Shown: piece by piece, positions 61,779 to 64,000 of the stretch
Layout: every line of letters begins with the position of its first letter
How positions within the stretch are numbered: position 1 is the first letter of the stretch
Assembly (NCBI GenBank): GCA_010405405.1
Contig: MU004234.1
Span: 2,639,697 to 2,703,696 of the forward strand
Length of the DNA: 64,000 nucleotides
Origin: Microthyrium microscopicum
Lineage: Eukaryota
Direction: 5' to 3'
Program-made: the position numbers and the translations under genes
The notes under the pieces: model-generated
Told to the model about the DNA's origin: nothing
Databases searched by the model: none
Seen by the model: only the letters and a program-made list of their open reading frames with translations

Positions 61779-64000
61779 CTAGCGACCTCGAGCCATTGCC
61801 AGAACTTCGAATCCAAGGTCATTCAGAGTCCGCTGGTCATCTAAACCCCAAGATATTGTTGATCCTTCTGCAATAAGAGCTTTCAATCGCTCTACGATGC
61901 TCGTAGGTGTAGCAATAACCCGCTGGCTACCCTCAGCCTGATCAACCGCACCAGTTTCATCAGGTAGTACCGTCTCATCAGCCATAGGCGCCACCGCCAT
62001 AGCCTTGCCGTCCATAATCTTCTGCCGCTTCTGAGGAGAACTATCCTGTGAAGCCGACTTTCGAGTCAATCGCTCCTTTGACGAACTATCATACGAACTT
62101 TCCCGACTAGCCAACAGCTTGGCAGAGGGTGTTCGCAGACGAGGCTGCTGTGTATCCAATTGTTGTTCCTCAGAGTCCTGAATTAACGATAGCTCGATAG
62201 ATGGCACTGAGGCTCCTGTCTCCGGTATGATGGTTTTGGGAACAACGGCTTCTGGGACTGCATTTGTAACAGGTGGTTCTGGTGTAATATCAGACATGCT
62301 ATGTCGGTTTGATGGCTGGCGTTTTCGTGGACGGCCGGGACCGCGCTTCGTCTGAGTCGATTGGCTTGCTGATGTAGAAGACGTGAGGGATTGCTGCGAT
62401 CTGTCTGTCCCAGTTGTAGCCGAGCCTTCGAAAGATGAGTTGATTTGTGTTTCTGGTGGACCATTTGGAAAGGCGTCATCGAGTGTAGTGATAGTTTTGA
62501 GGAGGACTTGTGTAGGCAGAGAGTTGTGTAATTCCGGTATAGTTGTTTGTCGAGTGGCAACAGGTCCGTTGATTACTTCAACAACAACTGGCCGCTGTGG
62601 AGAGGATTGGCTTGCTAATAATTCTGCCACAAGTTGCGAACTAGGCAAATCATCAGAAGACAGAGCGGATGGACTCTGGTTGCCATTGTTGCCCATCTCG
62701 ATATCCAGAGGCTCTGCTTCAGCAAGACTTGGTACAACGGTAGCCTTGTCTTCAATCTCATTGACAGCAGAAGTCATCTCGACATCTTGGATATCCTCAG
62801 GGACTGTGGGCTGCTGCTGAAGTGAACCGGATGCAATTGACTGAAACAAATCCGACTCGTCATCCAATTCCGAGCCTATCGACAGTGGCACTTCCTTCTC
62901 CGCTGCTTTTTCTGGTGGACTCGAAGGTATTTGTAGACCTCGTGGACTCTTCGTTGTGCTGGAGCTGCGATGTTGTCGACGAGTCACACTGGCTGCAATC
63001 GGCGAACTTGGTACATCATCATCCACCCCATCATGCACCGGTCCAATTTCAGGTGTAGCTGGATGTAGCATTTCCCCGTCATCAGATTCCGAATCGCTAC
63101 TAACAACGACAACATCCGAGTTGATCACCAGCGGTGTCGAAGGTTGAATGTCTCTGAACATGGCCTCGGAATCCGCCTTTTGGCGCTCAGCAACTTCTTT
63201 TTGGTGCTCGGTCAGATTCTGAGTCTCATCGGCGCGCATAGGTGAGGAGGATGGAATCGGCTCAAATTGTATCTGCGAGTCTTCATGGCGAAATTTCCGG
63301 CGAGGAGTTAAATTTGGCTGCGGTGAGACCATCTTCTTTGTTGTTTGCTTGGGCATTGGCGATAGGCGATTGTGATTCCGAGCTGGCCCCAAGGGCCGAA
63401 CTGCGATGGGGCTTTGGGAGTGCTGCGAACCATAGTCGCTAAAAGTTATCAGCGTCCGTGGAGTCGTAGCGGTTTCCGTTTCCTCCGTGATAAAAGCAGC
63501 TGGCAAGTGAACATCACTAATGGTTCGCAAGCGTTTGGCAGCCTTGATCAACGACGACGGGAAGCTTATATTGAGGTTACGTGTTGATGAGAGTTCGACG
63601 ATATCGTTCCAGAGCAGAACAGACACGTTAGCAATTGACTCGCGTGGACTGTTCAGGCCGGCGAGTACAAGACGCTCCACACTCTCAAGCCAATCTGGTG
63701 AGGGGCTCGTAGCCTGAAAATCTGTACGGTATTTCTCCGTAATATCCTGCCAGAGCGATAGTATCGAGCCCAGAACGCGACTGCCGTCAGGTAGCTTACT
63801 AGCATCTTTGATATTGCGCTTTTCATCGAGGAGCAGACACGCAAATCCATCTTGAGCAAATCGTACTAGAGCGTGGAACGACCGAGCAGAACGCGCAATA
63901 TGGCGTCGAATCGCCTCAAGAAATTTCGAGTACGCGACAACCATGTCGCTGGAGAGGCCTATGTGTGCATAACCATAGAGTAATGCGGCATCAACCAGGC
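61779..64000 (-). CDS. RIF1: Rif1 telomere/replication-timing regulator, 3' part (frame stays open to the window edge)
   Basis: End of a HEAT-like region (LVLAGLNSPRESIANVSVLLWN), the motif RRKFRHEDSQIQFEPIPSSSP...QNLTEHQKEVAERQK that I recognise from Pezizomycotina Rif1, a long disordered region, and a short C-terminal helical domain. Confidence 0.8.
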   Translation of the reverse strand, partial: LVDAALLYGYAHIGLSSDMVVAYSKFLEAIRRHIARSARSFHALVRFAQDGFACLLLDEKRNIKDASKLPDGSRVLGSILSLWQDITEKYRTDFQATSPSPDWLESVERLVLAGLNSPRESIANVSVLLWNDIVELSSTRNLNISFPSSLIKAAKRLRTISDVHLPAAFITEETETATTPRTLITFSDYGSQHSQSPIAVRPLGPARNHNRLSPMPKQTTKKMVSPQPNLTPRRKFRHEDSQIQFEPIPSSSPMRADETQNLTEHQKEVAERQKADSEAMFRDIQPSTPLVINSDVVVVSSDSESDDGEMLHPATPEIGPVHDGVDDDVPSSPIAASVTRRQHRSSSTTKSPRGLQIPSSPPEKAAEKEVPLSIGSELDDESDLFQSIASGSLQQQPTVPEDIQDVEMTSAVNEIEDKATVVPSLAEAEPLDIEMGNNGNQSPSALSSDDLPSSQLVAELLASQSSPQRPVVVEVINGPVATRQTTIPELHNSLPTQVLLKTITTLDDAFPNGPPETQINSSFEGSATTGTDRSQQSLTSSTSASQSTQTKRGPGRPRKRQPSNRHSMSDITPEPPVTNAVPEAVVPKTIIPETGASVPSIELSLIQDSEEQQLDTQQPRLRTPSAKLLASRESSYDSSSKERLTRKSASQDSSPQKRQKIMDGKAMAVAPMADETVLPDETGAVDQAEGSQRVIATPTSIVERLKALIAEGSTISWGLDDQRTLNDLGFEVLAMARGR

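Overview
Eukaryotic DNA from a filamentous ascomycete (Pezizomycotina), judged from short GT-AG introns with CTRAC/CTAAT branch sites and a RIP-mutated transposon; the species cannot be identified from this window. It carries a run of conserved genes: TAF14, a Clg1/Pcl-type cyclin, mitochondrial uL15m, a GT32-like glycosyltransferase, DPH2, an F-box/Cys-rich protein, a NYN-like/CCCH protein, a SNF2 ATPase, an Rsm1/NIPA-like C3HC protein, an OPT transporter, BCKDH E1-alpha, glucose-6-phosphate 1-epimerase and the 3' part of RIF1. Three accessory features stand out. (1) A 244-bp MITE at 10410-10653 with 34-bp TIRs and a TA target-site duplication. (2) The whole AT-rich island at 34452-41361 is bounded as one ~6.9-kb DNA transposon, with perfect 33-bp TIRs and TA TSDs. 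It holds a RIP-destroyed, intron-containing pogo-type DD35D transposase, further relic coding sequence and a hairpin-rich subterminal repeat array, and spans a 565-N gap. (3) An ~11-kb island (46.5-57.3 kb) of seven co-oriented minus-strand genes I cannot assign to any known family: a four-member tandem family (LPIRQRK N-terminus, AA[FY]xxxxLWxxW...EK...W C-terminus, shared intron positions), a two-member tandem family, and a singleton that may need a 4-nt microexon. This island is the best candidate for an undescribed system. Gene models and de-RIP readings were done by hand; no database searches were run.
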